From: Rhizobium sp. Q54
Lineage (GTDB): Bacteria; Pseudomonadota; Alphaproteobacteria; UBA7879; VGCX01
Assembly: GCA_945870825.1 (NCBI GenBank)
Contig: CAMBTM010000004.1
Coordinates: 2,594-66,593, forward strand
DNA: 64,000 nucleotides
Reading direction: 5' to 3'
The notes beneath the pieces were generated by a model. The model was not told the origin of the DNA and made no database searches. It worked only from the letters and a program-made list of their open reading frames with translations. Numbering within the stretch: position 1 is the first letter of the stretch; the number at the start of each line of letters is the position of its first letter. Below, piece after piece: positions 21,504 to 31,919 of this stretch. A program made the position numbers and the translations under genes.

Positions 21504-22336
21504 TAAAGAAAATTATTAAAGATTTACTTGCGAATACTGCTCAAAAATTAGTTAGGTTTTGTGTGAATAAGGGGTGCATGACACAAGATGATGTCATTGA
21601 AAAATTAAGTGAGTATGTTGATGTTCCAACAAAACATGGAGTGATAAAGTTTTTTTGTCCTGGCCAAATTCCTATTTGGAGAGCAAATACATTTTTTGAT
21701 TTAGAGCCTGAAACCTTAGCATGGGTGGATTCTTTTGAAACGGATACTGTTTTTTTCGATATTGGTGCTAATGTGGGTTTATACAGCCTTTATGCTGGAA
21801 TGAAGGGGCATGAAGTCTTGTCTTTTGAGCCCTATAGTGCAAATCAATATATTTTAAACAAGAATATATATATTAATAAACTTGATCATAGAATTACAGC
21901 GTTATCTGCTGCAATCTCAGATAAGTTTCAATTTTCTAAATTTTACATGCAAAATATGCAGTTTGGTTCGGCAGAAAATACAACAGGAAAAGCTGTGGAC
22001 TGGAAAGAAGAAAAATTTATTCCAAAATTTCAACAAGGGATTATGGAATATTCTTTAGATCAGCTTTTAAATATTCAAAAGATGCCGTTCCCAAATTATA
22101 TAAAGATAGATGTTGATGGGGTTGAAGATCAAATATTGCTGGGTGCTCGTGAAACTTTAAAGGATATTAGAGTGAAGCAAGTTCTTATTGAGCTGGATGA
22201 AAAACACTCAATGCACGACTGGTGTGTAAAATTTATGGGGGAAAGTGGTTTTGTATTAGATGTTAAAGAACAAAGTGATGTATTTGCACAAGGTACATAC
22301 AAAAATATGTATAACTACATATTTTCAAGAAAATAA
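21500..22336 (+). CDS. FkbM-family methyltransferase
   Basis: FFDIGANVGLYSLYAGMKGHEVLSFEP motif. Confidence 0.7.
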   Translation: MIKKIIKDLLANTAQKLVRFCVNKGCMTQDDVIEKLSEYVDVPTKHGVIKFFCPGQIPIWRANTFFDLEPETLAWVDSFETDTVFFDIGANVGLYSLYAGMKGHEVLSFEPYSANQYILNKNIYINKLDHRITALSAAISDKFQFSKFYMQNMQFGSAENTTGKAVDWKEEKFIPKFQQGIMEYSLDQLLNIQKMPFPNYIKIDVDGVEDQILLGARETLKDIRVKQVLIELDEKHSMHDWCVKFMGESGFVLDVKEQSDVFAQGTYKNMYNYIFSRK

Positions 22337-22348
22337 TAAACCATCTTT

Positions 22349-24139
22349 ATGATTATTTCTTTTAGAGATTTATATCCTTTCAAGGAATTTACGTCATCTT
22401 TTTACTTCATAGGGTTCAACACAGAAAATCTGCTCTCCCTTGAAAAAAAAGGGATTTCCGTTTCTTTCTTAGCAAAAGAAAGAATGACAATTTTAAATGA
22501 GATTAGAGACGATATTATCAACTTTGACAAAGGGATTGCTGATGTATCAGATCCTTTGTGGCTTGCGAGTGATCTCGCTGAAAACAATATCTGTCTTGAA
22601 AATTTTAACCTCTATATCCTTAATACGCTGTCTATTATTAGAAATGAACGATTGCAAAAAAAGGGAGTGGTTTTTATTTGTGATGATGATGAACAAGTCT
22701 ATCTTTACAAATCTCTTTTAAAGGGAAATGGTCTTAAAATAACTGGACGTGTTAATTACTTTAAACTTCTAAGAAGGCTCATGGGGTGTCTCACTCAAAA
22801 AGTTCTAGGCCTTTATCAGAGTGTGTGTAAAGTAGTGATTCTGCGCAGCTTAAGGCGTGGTTACCGCGTCAAACTACAGACAGAAGATTTAGAAAAAACA
22901 GATATTCTTTGTATGAATTGGGTTGCTGAACAATCATTTAGAGATGGAAATCTTTTTCTAAAAGATCGGTATTTCGGTGATTTGCTCTCGAAATTAAAGC
23001 AAAAAAAATTAAAAGTCGCCGTTATGGGTAAGGCTCTTGATTTTGTCTGTTCTTTCAAAGAAATTGCAAGGTCTGCAATCAATGAGAAAAGCCAGGTCTA
23101 TTTTCTACAAGATTTCTTAAAAATATCCGATATTTTTAAGATATTTTTTCAGTCATTTGGATTTTTGAAATATTTTAATCATCCATTCGTTGTGAAGGAC
23201 GTTAATTTTTCTCACCTATGGCAATGGTTCTGCTTAAAAGATGCCTTAAAGCCCCGGATTCCTTCAGCTTTAGAAACATTTCATGCAGCGCGCAGTATTT
23301 GCAAAACTATTAAGAACCCTGATATAAAATTAATTTACCCTTATGAGAATCAAGCGTGGGAAAAAGTTTTAGCCCTAGCCTTTGCACAGAAATTCTCTTC
23401 GAATCATCTTTATGCGTATCAGCATTTTCCTGTGTCGAAGGATTATCTAACAATTTATCCATCGAATGCGTATAGAGAAAGAAAGATTAACCCAAAGATT
23501 TTATTAAGCGATTCCTTTTTTGGCAATTATTTGAGAGAAAAAGGATGTGGAGACACTACCCTGCTAGGGAATTTTAGATTTGAAAATGTACTGAAAAATG
23601 ATCAACAATGTTCTTCTGTAAAAAAAGAGGACATTCTCTGCGCTTGTTCCATTCAATTTAATGATTCTTTGGAACTTATATCAAGATCTATAAAGCTGAT
23701 TCAAAAGTTTGATCCGACTTTTCAACAAAAGATCACATTAACAGTCAATTTTCATCCCCTTATGCGAGATATTGAAAAGAAAAAAATAAGAGAGCTTTTT
23801 TCTGATGCTAGGATTAATATCCACTGGTCTCCATTAAGTGCAGACGAACTTTTAAAGAGTACACGCATAGTTTTTTATAACTCAAATTCTATTTGTTTGA
23901 ATGCAGCAGCAAATGGTATTCCAGCAGTGTTTATTAGTTCAGACTTACAAATAGATCTTGATAGAATTCCAGATATATCTATAAAAGATGATGAGCTAGG
24001 GATAAAAAAAATAGAATCTATTTTGAGCAATGAAGATCACTATAGGATGGAATCAAACCTATTTAGAGGCTATTTTGAATCATATTTTGTGCCACCGCAG
24101 CACTCAATCTTGAATGAAATTTTTAAACGAGGGCAATAA
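22349..24139 (+). CDS. Hypothetical protein (596 aa), possible capsule/teichoic-like polysaccharide transferase
   Basis: Long soluble ORF. C-terminal region (IHWSPLSADELLKSTRIVFYNSNSICLNAAANGIPAVFISS) is reminiscent of GT-B/TagF-like C-domains. Confidence 0.35.
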   Translation: MIISFRDLYPFKEFTSSFYFIGFNTENLLSLEKKGISVSFLAKERMTILNEIRDDIINFDKGIADVSDPLWLASDLAENNICLENFNLYILNTLSIIRNERLQKKGVVFICDDDEQVYLYKSLLKGNGLKITGRVNYFKLLRRLMGCLTQKVLGLYQSVCKVVILRSLRRGYRVKLQTEDLEKTDILCMNWVAEQSFRDGNLFLKDRYFGDLLSKLKQKKLKVAVMGKALDFVCSFKEIARSAINEKSQVYFLQDFLKISDIFKIFFQSFGFLKYFNHPFVVKDVNFSHLWQWFCLKDALKPRIPSALETFHAARSICKTIKNPDIKLIYPYENQAWEKVLALAFAQKFSSNHLYAYQHFPVSKDYLTIYPSNAYRERKINPKILLSDSFFGNYLREKGCGDTTLLGNFRFENVLKNDQQCSSVKKEDILCACSIQFNDSLELISRSIKLIQKFDPTFQQKITLTVNFHPLMRDIEKKKIRELFSDARINIHWSPLSADELLKSTRIVFYNSNSICLNAAANGIPAVFISSDLQIDLDRIPDISIKDDELGIKKIESILSNEDHYRMESNLFRGYFESYFVPPQHSILNEIFKRGQ

Positions 24140-24141
24140 AA

Positions 24142-25215
24142 ATGTTTTTAAAGAAAAAAAGTTATTTAAGAGCTATACAGCGTATTAGAATTCCAGAAAC
24201 ACGTGATTTAGTCCATGGATTAAGACTAGATCGCAATGAGAGGGTTGCCGATTGGCCTGACAACTTTATGGCAGAGGTTCTTTCTTCAAAACATGCCTCT
24301 TTCTTTAGTACCTATCCCGATCTTTCAGGGCTTTATAAGAAATTATCTTCCCATTTAAATGTTAAACAGTCCCAAGTTCTTGTATCATCTGGTATTGATG
24401 GTGTTATTAAAACTCTCTTTGAAATACTGGTGAATCCAGGTGAAAAAATTGGCGTATTTGCACCAACTTACGCCATGTACGACGTTTATGCAAAGTTATT
24501 TCAATCTGAGATGGTTCATGTGGGTTATAAGGAAAATTATGAGCCAAATTGGGATTCTTTTGAGGCATTTTTAAAGCAAGATCCCATTATTCTGTTCTTA
24601 CCTAATCCAAATCAACCAATAGAATCCTGCTTTTCTTTGGAAGAATTAAGACTTATTGCAAAGAAATGCTTGGACATTGGATGTCTATTTGTTGTGGATG
24701 AAGCCTATCACTATTTTGGTGCAGAATCTGCACTTCCTTTGATAAATGAATTTGAAAATGTTGTTGTTATGAGGACTTTTTCAAAAGCCTTTGGTATTCC
24801 CTCTGCACGTCTTGGATATATGGTCTCAACAGAAGAGAATATGGAACTCCTTTCTAAAACACGTCTTGCTCACGAAGCAAACGCATTAAGTGCTGCTATG
24901 GCTGAGTACCTTTTAGATAATTTTGATATTGTAAAGGATTATGCCAATCAAATTAATCAAGCACGGGCTTATGTTAAGAAGGAGCTATTAGAATTGGGTG
25001 TTCATGCAAGGGGAGAGAAGGGAAACTATCTTTTGATTCCACTTGCATCCAGTTTGCAAACAAAAAATTGCGTAGCATCCTTGAGAGAGCAAAAAATTTA
25101 TGTGAAAGGCCCATGGAACGCTCCCTGGGATAATTGCATCACTATAACGCTAGGGCCTAAAGACCTTATGGAACGTTTTATAGAGTCCATAAAAGAATTT
25201 ATGAGGCACGCATGA
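24142..25215 (+). CDS. Class I/II PLP-dependent aminotransferase (HisC/CobD-like)
   Basis: FSKAFGIPSARLGY lysine motif typical of histidinol-phosphate aminotransferase-like enzymes. Confidence 0.65.
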   Translation: MFLKKKSYLRAIQRIRIPETRDLVHGLRLDRNERVADWPDNFMAEVLSSKHASFFSTYPDLSGLYKKLSSHLNVKQSQVLVSSGIDGVIKTLFEILVNPGEKIGVFAPTYAMYDVYAKLFQSEMVHVGYKENYEPNWDSFEAFLKQDPIILFLPNPNQPIESCFSLEELRLIAKKCLDIGCLFVVDEAYHYFGAESALPLINEFENVVVMRTFSKAFGIPSARLGYMVSTEENMELLSKTRLAHEANALSAAMAEYLLDNFDIVKDYANQINQARAYVKKELLELGVHARGEKGNYLLIPLASSLQTKNCVASLREQKIYVKGPWNAPWDNCITITLGPKDLMERFIESIKEFMRHA

Positions 25216-26150
25216 AAATTCTTGTTACAGGTGGAATGGGGTATATAGGAAGTAACCTTATCAAACGGTTAGAGAAAGATAATCATGCAATAACAATTCT
25301 TGATAATCTTTCCACAAGTCTTAAGGGGGGCCAAACTCAGCATGAATTAGTTTGTGCGGATATTACAAACTATGAATTACTTAAAGCATCTTTTGAGGGA
25401 AGAGTATTTGATGTTGTTTTGCATCTCGCTGCGCAATCTTCAGGCCCAGCTTCTTTTAAAGATCCAGAGCTTGATTTAAGAATTAATATTCTTGGAACCT
25501 TAAATATTATTCGGTTATGTGATCATCTTAAAATACCAAGAATTCTGTTTGCGTCCTCATTTACTGTTTACGGTGATAATCTTACACATGAAATGCTTAG
25601 TGAATCTTTACCCTGTGAACCAAAATCTCTTTATGGGGTTGGTAAATTAACGGGAGAACAGTATCTTAAAGTGTACGCCGAAAAGCTTGGTATCTCTTGG
25701 AATGCTCTACGCATGTTCAACGTTTATGGACCAGGGCAAGATTTATCTAGAAAAGATCAAGGGATTGTCAGCATTTTTCTGGGGTATGTGAGAGAAGGGG
25801 ACTATATTCCACTACAAGGAAAAGTAGAGAGATTTAGGGACTTAGTTTATATCGATGATGTGGTATCAGCGTGGGTTTTATGTCTCGAAAAAAATATTCC
25901 TAACCAAATTTTTAATGTTGGATCGGGATCTAAAACAACTATCAAAGAGTTGATCGAGTCAATCGCTGATTTACATAAAAAAAACGTTACCATTGAGGTT
26001 GTTGGATCCACTCCTGGCGATATTATGGGGTGCTATGCAGACATCTCTAAGTCTCGAGATCTCTTAGGATATAATCCTCAGTACCAACTAAAATCTGGAT
26101 TAGCTCATTTCAAAAATTGGGCGGATCAGACCTTTGGAGAAGTAGTATGA
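25212..26150 (+). CDS. NAD-dependent sugar epimerase/dehydratase (GalE-like)
   Basis: MKILVTGGMGYIGSNL and YGVGKLTGE (YxxxK). Confidence 0.75.
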   Translation: MKILVTGGMGYIGSNLIKRLEKDNHAITILDNLSTSLKGGQTQHELVCADITNYELLKASFEGRVFDVVLHLAAQSSGPASFKDPELDLRINILGTLNIIRLCDHLKIPRILFASSFTVYGDNLTHEMLSESLPCEPKSLYGVGKLTGEQYLKVYAEKLGISWNALRMFNVYGPGQDLSRKDQGIVSIFLGYVREGDYIPLQGKVERFRDLVYIDDVVSAWVLCLEKNIPNQIFNVGSGSKTTIKELIESIADLHKKNVTIEVVGSTPGDIMGCYADISKSRDLLGYNPQYQLKSGLAHFKNWADQTFGEVV

Positions 26151-27115
26151 GCACTCTATGTTGGTTGTGCAATCAAGAAACTCTTTCAAAATCCGTACAG
26201 TTGCGTTCTAAAAAAGAAGCGCTTATTCAGTATTGTGGGTCATGTCATTTTGAATTTTTTTCTCATGAAAACAAATCATTGCTTATAGGAGATCAGCTCG
26301 ATAAGACACGGCTGCAGTCAGCTGGGTTAGATATTCCAAAACAGGAAAAGGATTTTGAAAATGGGTATAAGCAATCCCAGTCTTATATTCAGGAATATTT
26401 GACGAAAGAAGATATTGGGAAAAATATATTAGAAATAGGATGCTCTTGGGGATATTTTTTAAAAGCAGTGAGAGAGTTTGGCGCAGTTCCTTACGGCGTT
26501 GAAATTAATCCAGTTAGAGCTAGTTATGTGGCAGAGAACTTGAACATAAGATGTGAGGCTGATATTGAAAAGTACCATTCTTCTGCGATTAAGTTTAAAA
26601 AAATATTCTCTTTTTACTGCTTAGAATACATAAAAAATCCAATAGATTTTTTTAAACGCCTATTCGATCTTCTTGAAGATGGCGGTGAGATGATTTTTAT
26701 CACACCCAATTTAGATGATGTGTTAAAGGATATTTGGAAGAATAAAGGCTATCAGGATTTTTTCTACGATGAGTGTGCTATCGCTTATTACTCTTCTCAA
26801 GCAGTAAAATCTTTGGTCCACGTTCTTAAAAAAGAGCACGATGATCTTAAGGAGACAATTTATACGCAACAAGGGTATAGTTTCTATAACCATCTTCATT
26901 GGTACTTCAATCAAAAACCAATTAACAATAACAGTCTGGTTGGAGGTGATCACTTGTCTGAAGATCTTCGACAAGTTTTTGGTGCAAAGAAAGATAAGAT
27001 AAGCTTAGAGCTTGTGAAAATTATTGATGATTTTGATGTCCAATACAGAAAAGTGATAGAAGGAAATGATCTGGGTAATCAGATTATTATGAGGATTCAG
27101 AAGAATGACTTATAA
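26147..27115 (+). CDS. SAM-dependent methyltransferase with N-terminal CxxC...CxxC zinc ribbon
   Basis: CWLCNQ...CGSCHF zinc-ribbon-like motif, then ILEIGCSWGYF motif I. Confidence 0.5.
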   Translation: MSTLCWLCNQETLSKSVQLRSKKEALIQYCGSCHFEFFSHENKSLLIGDQLDKTRLQSAGLDIPKQEKDFENGYKQSQSYIQEYLTKEDIGKNILEIGCSWGYFLKAVREFGAVPYGVEINPVRASYVAENLNIRCEADIEKYHSSAIKFKKIFSFYCLEYIKNPIDFFKRLFDLLEDGGEMIFITPNLDDVLKDIWKNKGYQDFFYDECAIAYYSSQAVKSLVHVLKKEHDDLKETIYTQQGYSFYNHLHWYFNQKPINNNSLVGGDHLSEDLRQVFGAKKDKISLELVKIIDDFDVQYRKVIEGNDLGNQIIMRIQKNDL

Positions 27116-27935
27116 TACAAAAATATGGAAAGAAAACGAAGATAAATATCAAGAACATTGGGAGGATAAAGGCATTGGAGGTGTTTTTAACGATATAGAT
27201 ACCAATGCATTTTCTGGACTAGAAAAATATATTAATGAAGAAGGTTTCTTGAAAGATTTTGAAAAATGCCTTCATGCACTCAGTGGTTTAGGAAAAAAAA
27301 TACATGGAAAGGGTGCAGATTTAGCCTGTGGAAGCATGTGGTTAACTTCATATGTTGTCAATAAATTTGAAAAAGTATTAGATACAGTTTATTCCGTTGA
27401 TTTTTCTAGAAAGAATATTTTTAACCTTGGACAAAAATTGCTCACCCACTACAAAGTCAATCCAGAAAAATTATTCCTGTGTCTAGGATCTTTTTATGAC
27501 ATTAAGCTACCTTCAGAAAGTTTAGATTTTGTGGTGATGTCTCAAGCTTTCCATCATGCCGATGATCCAGATAAGTTCTTGCAAGAAGCTAGTCGTGTAT
27601 TAAAAAAAGAGGGTTTTTTGATAATGATTGGAGAGCTCTATATCAAGAAACGGCTTTATCTAAAATGTTATCTTAATTACTTGATGGCATGTGTCGTATC
27701 GTCAAAATATTTTCCGAGCTTTCTAGTTCAATCTATTGAAAAGCTTAAAAAAATGAAAGAAAGAGACTTGAGAGGATCTTTCCAAGCGTTATATTTCCCG
27801 CCAGACCCACAAATGGGTGATCACTACCATTTGAAGTCACAGTATGAAGGATTTTTCTCAAGGAATAAGTTTAATTTTGTGCATATTAAATCAACACAAT
27901 CTAATCATTTAGCATACGTACTTTATAAATCATGA
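27105..27935 (+). CDS. Class I SAM-dependent methyltransferase
   Basis: ADLACGSMW motif I and the acidic loop FVVMSQAFHHADDP. Confidence 0.5.
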   Translation: MTYNTKIWKENEDKYQEHWEDKGIGGVFNDIDTNAFSGLEKYINEEGFLKDFEKCLHALSGLGKKIHGKGADLACGSMWLTSYVVNKFEKVLDTVYSVDFSRKNIFNLGQKLLTHYKVNPEKLFLCLGSFYDIKLPSESLDFVVMSQAFHHADDPDKFLQEASRVLKKEGFLIMIGELYIKKRLYLKCYLNYLMACVVSSKYFPSFLVQSIEKLKKMKERDLRGSFQALYFPPDPQMGDHYHLKSQYEGFFSRNKFNFVHIKSTQSNHLAYVLYKS

Positions 27936-28789
27936 AGAACACTAATCCTTTGGTGACAATCGTTATAGCAACTTATAGAAGAAAGTTTTTTCTTTCTAAG
28001 ACGATTGCTTCTGTTTTGTCTCAAACTTATTCTAATTTAGAAGTCATTGTAGTGAATGATGACAAAGAAGATTCTCTCCAAGAATTAATAGATTCTTTTG
28101 GAGATTTTCGGCTACATCTTTTTGAAATCGATCATTCTGGAAGACCTGCGGTTCCAAGAAATTTTGGAGCCCGAAAGGCTTCTGGAGAGCTTATAGCGTT
28201 CTGTGATGATGATGATATTTGGTTTCCCAAAAAAATAGAGGAACAAGTAAAGGTTTTTGATCTTCATCCTGACGTTAAATTATGTTACACAGACTATGTA
28301 TTGATGGATGAAAATGATAAAAAAATAGCTCATGTAAAAGTAGAGAGTTCTAAAAAAATTACAAATTTTAGAAGACATTTGTTTAAAAATGACATTACGT
28401 TTTCAACGATTATGGTTTGTAGACGGGTGTTTTTAGATGGCCTGTGGTTTGATGAAAGACCAATTCTGAAGGCATCAGAGGATTATCTATTTTTGAGCCA
28501 TCTTTTGTATCTGTATCCTGTCTTTTTTATTGAGAGTTCTCTTGTGCAATATCGTATACACCTCGGTGGAATTAGTTATTCTTACAATAATGCAAGAAAA
28601 ATTTTTCGCTATTATGTTCGTATTGTAATATGTTTTTATGACTTACTGAAGAATAGAAGAATATCTTTTGTAGAATTTATCTCTTTTGCTAAATTTCATT
28701 TAGTATATAGTATAAAGCAAATTTTATTTCCTTATTATAGCAAAATCAAGACAATATTGGAGGAAAAGTGTCTAAAAAAAGAGTATTAG
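27932..28789 (+). CDS. Family 2 glycosyltransferase
   Basis: [26 protein letters not shown]...VVNDD and DDD motifs typical of GT2. Confidence 0.75.
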   Translation: MKNTNPLVTIVIATYRRKFFLSKTIASVLSQTYSNLEVIVVNDDKEDSLQELIDSFGDFRLHLFEIDHSGRPAVPRNFGARKASGELIAFCDDDDIWFPKKIEEQVKVFDLHPDVKLCYTDYVLMDENDKKIAHVKVESSKKITNFRRHLFKNDITFSTIMVCRRVFLDGLWFDERPILKASEDYLFLSHLLYLYPVFFIESSLVQYRIHLGGISYSYNNARKIFRYYVRIVICFYDLLKNRRISFVEFISFAKFHLVYSIKQILFPYYSKIKTILEEKCLKKEY

Positions 28790-29706
28790 TTACAGGGGGG
28801 GCCGGATTTATAGGATCCCATTTGTGCCGTAAGCTTTTGGAGAAAGGGTGCGATGTTTTATGTATTGATAATTTTTTTACAGGACGAAAAGAAAACATAG
28901 CTGAATTGTTCTCTAATCCTTATTTTGAATTCATCCGTCATGATATTATTGAACCCATAAATCTTGAAGTAGATGAGATTTATAATTTGGCCTGTCCAGC
29001 GAGCCCAATTTATTATCAGTCGGATCCAGTACAAACGGTTAAGGCAAATGTTCTTGGAGCTATTAACACACTAGAGATTGCAAAGCGGACAGGCGCTAAG
29101 ATTTTGCAAGCTTCAACGAGCGAGGTTTATGGGGACCCTGAACACGATGTTCAATCTGAATCCTACTGGGGAAATGTCAATCCTATAGGCATAAGAAGTT
29201 GTTATGATGAAGGAAAACGGTGTGCGGAAACTCTATTCTTTGACTATTTTAGAGAATACGATGTCAAAATAAGAGTTGCCCGAATTTTTAATACATATGG
29301 TCCTTATATGAGGCCTGATGATGGTCGTGTTGTGAGTAATTTCATTGTTCAAGCATTGACTAATAATAAAATAACGCTTTATGGAACTGGTCAGCAAATA
29401 AGGAGTTTTTGCTTCATTTCTGATTTGATTGATGGGTTAATAAGGCTTATGGAAAATGATATCGCTTTGCACACACCTGTTAATCTTGGAAATCCTACGC
29501 CAATAAATATGAAATCCCTTGCAGAGACTGTTTCTGGCCTTGTTGGAAAAACGATAGACGTAGAATATCTGCCCCTTCCTCAAGATGATCCTAAAAAGAG
29601 ACAACCAGATATTTCTCTTGCAAAAAAGTTTCTAGATTGGCAGCCAAAAATCTCTTTAGAACAAGGATTAATTCAGACAATCAATTATTTTAAGACTATT
29701 GTTTAA
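28768..29706 (+). CDS. UDP-glucuronate decarboxylase (UDP-xylose synthase)-family SDR
   Basis: [18 protein letters not shown]...[11 protein letters not shown] is the diagnostic UXS/ArnA-C motif. YDEGKRCAE catalytic YxxxK. Confidence 0.8.
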   Translation: MSKKRVLVTGGAGFIGSHLCRKLLEKGCDVLCIDNFFTGRKENIAELFSNPYFEFIRHDIIEPINLEVDEIYNLACPASPIYYQSDPVQTVKANVLGAINTLEIAKRTGAKILQASTSEVYGDPEHDVQSESYWGNVNPIGIRSCYDEGKRCAETLFFDYFREYDVKIRVARIFNTYGPYMRPDDGRVVSNFIVQALTNNKITLYGTGQQIRSFCFISDLIDGLIRLMENDIALHTPVNLGNPTPINMKSLAETVSGLVGKTIDVEYLPLPQDDPKKRQPDISLAKKFLDWQPKISLEQGLIQTINYFKTIV

Positions 29707-29715
29707 AATTTCCCC

Positions 29716-30816
29716 ATGCATCTCACCCTCGTCATCTCATCCCTAAACCCCGGTGGGGCGGAGAGGGTCTTATCGAACCTCGCAAATTATTGGGTATCGA
29801 AAGGACACCAAGTATCTCTTATTACCTTCGCGTCACCCACCGCCCTTCCTTTCTACTCCCTTGATCCTAAAATTAACCTTATTCAACTGGGTCAAACCCA
29901 CTCTGAATCCAATTTATTCAAACGTGTTATCAATAGCCTCAAACGTATTCTTACCTTACGCAAAACACTCCAAAAATTAAAGCCCGATCGTATTATTTCC
30001 TTTGTGGACGTGACGAATATAACAACTCTCATGGCGTCCTTTTGGCTCAAAACTCCGGTCATTGTGTCGGAGAGGACCCATCCGGGGCACTATAAAATTC
30101 CAGGGCTTTATAATGTGTTGCGACGGTGGGTGTATCCAAAGGCAACTTGTGTTGTTGTTCAAACTCAAGGGGCCGCAGATTATTTTAAGGATCTGAAAAA
30201 CCTAGAGATTATTCCAAATGCGGTGCCTCTGCCAGCCTGCACAAAAGACCATCATACCATTAAGCACATCATTTCTCTGGGGCGTCTTTGTCCTTTTAAA
30301 GGGTTTGACACCCTCATCCATTCCTTTTCCCACCTCCTCAGAACCCATCCCCACCTCACACTTACCATTTATGGCGAAGGGGCGGAACGCCCCCGTCTTG
30401 AATCCCTTATCAGATCCCTCAACCTTCAAAGCAAAATCCATCTCCCTGGCACCACACCCAATGTCCAAGAGGCCCTTCTCAACGCCGATCTTTTTATCTT
30501 CCCGTCTCACTATGAAGGATTTCCCAATGCCCTGTGCGAGGCCATGGCGGTTGGACTTCCTGTTATTGCCTCCAACTGTTCAGGGACGATTGATATTATA
30601 AGGGATACTATCGATGGGCGGCTTTTCCCCATTGGTGATGGGGATGCTTTAACAAAAATCGCTCTTGAATTATTAAACGATCCCGTGCAATGTCAACGCC
30701 TGGGCCAGCAGGCGAAAGAAGTGACAACGCGCTTTAGTCCGGACCGTATTTTCGCCCTCTGGGACAAAGTTTTGGGAAATAACGTTTTGGGGCATAAGAT
30801 TTTAGAGAAAAAATGA
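29716..30816 (+). CDS. Family 4 glycosyltransferase (GT-B, retaining)
   Basis: EGFPNALCEAMAVGLPVIAS (the EX7E region of GT4). Confidence 0.75.
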   Translation: MHLTLVISSLNPGGAERVLSNLANYWVSKGHQVSLITFASPTALPFYSLDPKINLIQLGQTHSESNLFKRVINSLKRILTLRKTLQKLKPDRIISFVDVTNITTLMASFWLKTPVIVSERTHPGHYKIPGLYNVLRRWVYPKATCVVVQTQGAADYFKDLKNLEIIPNAVPLPACTKDHHTIKHIISLGRLCPFKGFDTLIHSFSHLLRTHPHLTLTIYGEGAERPRLESLIRSLNLQSKIHLPGTTPNVQEALLNADLFIFPSHYEGFPNALCEAMAVGLPVIASNCSGTIDIIRDTIDGRLFPIGDGDALTKIALELLNDPVQCQRLGQQAKEVTTRFSPDRIFALWDKVLGNNVLGHKILEKK

Positions 30817-31745
30817 TAACAAACGGCATTCATCATCGTTCCCAAATCACCAAAGACCTTAAGCTTAAGGATTTTTTTGGCGTTGATAAAAGGATTTCCA
30901 TCACCCTTTATGATCAAATCTTGGATTTGCCTAATGCAGAGGATTTAGCAGAGCGGATTCTGCTTTTGTTTTCTGACGAACGGGGAGCCTACAAACGGAC
31001 CTACAGAAAACGGTTTGAGGAATTTGATAAAGTTGTTCTAACCCTTATTGAGAAAAATTTAAAAGGGCCCTTATTATTCCAAGATGTTGGAATTAGTGAC
31101 GGAAGAACTGCGGCCGATTTTTTTGAAAAAGGGGCCCAACTTTTTCAAAAAATAATTTACACAGCTTCTGACTATAATCCCAAAGTCTACGTCATCGAAA
31201 AAAGAACTGTCAAAACGACCCTGAGTCAGACGGGGAAAGTTTTAGAAATCGTGTGGCCACCCTTTGTTTTCAACCTCAGTCGGCCAGATCGTTATTATCC
31301 TTTGAATACCGTGATTCGCTGGTTCATCCAATTTTTCAAAGTCAATCCTCTTATAGCCGCCTACAAAGCTGGCAAGGTCAAAGCAAAAGAACTGCTCTTG
31401 TTTTGTCCTGCTGCTTTGAATCTGGCTAAAAAAGATCCTCGTTTTATTCTTGAACAACACGACCTTTTAAAGCCCTTTAAAGAACAAAGTCATATCATCC
31501 GGGCTATGAATGTCTTAAATACCACGTATTTTTCAAAGCCAGAATTTGAAAAGGTGATTACCTATATCCATGACGGACTTTTAGCAAATGGTCTTTTCAT
31601 CACAGGGTCCAACCAAGATGCAGGTTCCCTTGTTCATGGCGGCGTCTATCAAAAGACAACGCAAGGATTTGAAAAACTCTGGCAGTCAGGGGAGGGGTCT
31701 CCCATTGACGAGATGATAATGGATTTTTCTAAAACGTCCCATTGA
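30813..31745 (+). CDS. Hypothetical protein, last gene of the locus
   Basis: 310-aa ORF with ATGA overlap to the GT4 gene. No motif I can assign; QDVGISDGRTA is weakly methyltransferase-like. Confidence 0.35.
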   Translation: MITNGIHHRSQITKDLKLKDFFGVDKRISITLYDQILDLPNAEDLAERILLLFSDERGAYKRTYRKRFEEFDKVVLTLIEKNLKGPLLFQDVGISDGRTAADFFEKGAQLFQKIIYTASDYNPKVYVIEKRTVKTTLSQTGKVLEIVWPPFVFNLSRPDRYYPLNTVIRWFIQFFKVNPLIAAYKAGKVKAKELLLFCPAALNLAKKDPRFILEQHDLLKPFKEQSHIIRAMNVLNTTYFSKPEFEKVITYIHDGLLANGLFITGSNQDAGSLVHGGVYQKTTQGFEKLWQSGEGSPIDEMIMDFSKTSH

Positions 31746-31919
31746 CATACCCCCCGTTCTTCCTTCATAAATGGAGTTATGCAATATATTTACGCAATAG
31801 TCTGTCTCGTTATTATGGTCGCCTCCGCACGGCTGGCGGGCGCCAGCCCCATATATTCTCGCATCACATTTTAATCCCCCTTTTGTTTCTTAAAATAGTT
31901 TAAGTTTGGAGTTTGCGTT

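Noticed and set aside
31825-31850. Short GC hairpin (GCTGGC-GGGC-GCCAGC) after the last gene of the glycan locus, considered as a terminator
   Set aside because: Only a 6-bp stem and no downstream U-tract. Insufficient for an intrinsic terminator call.
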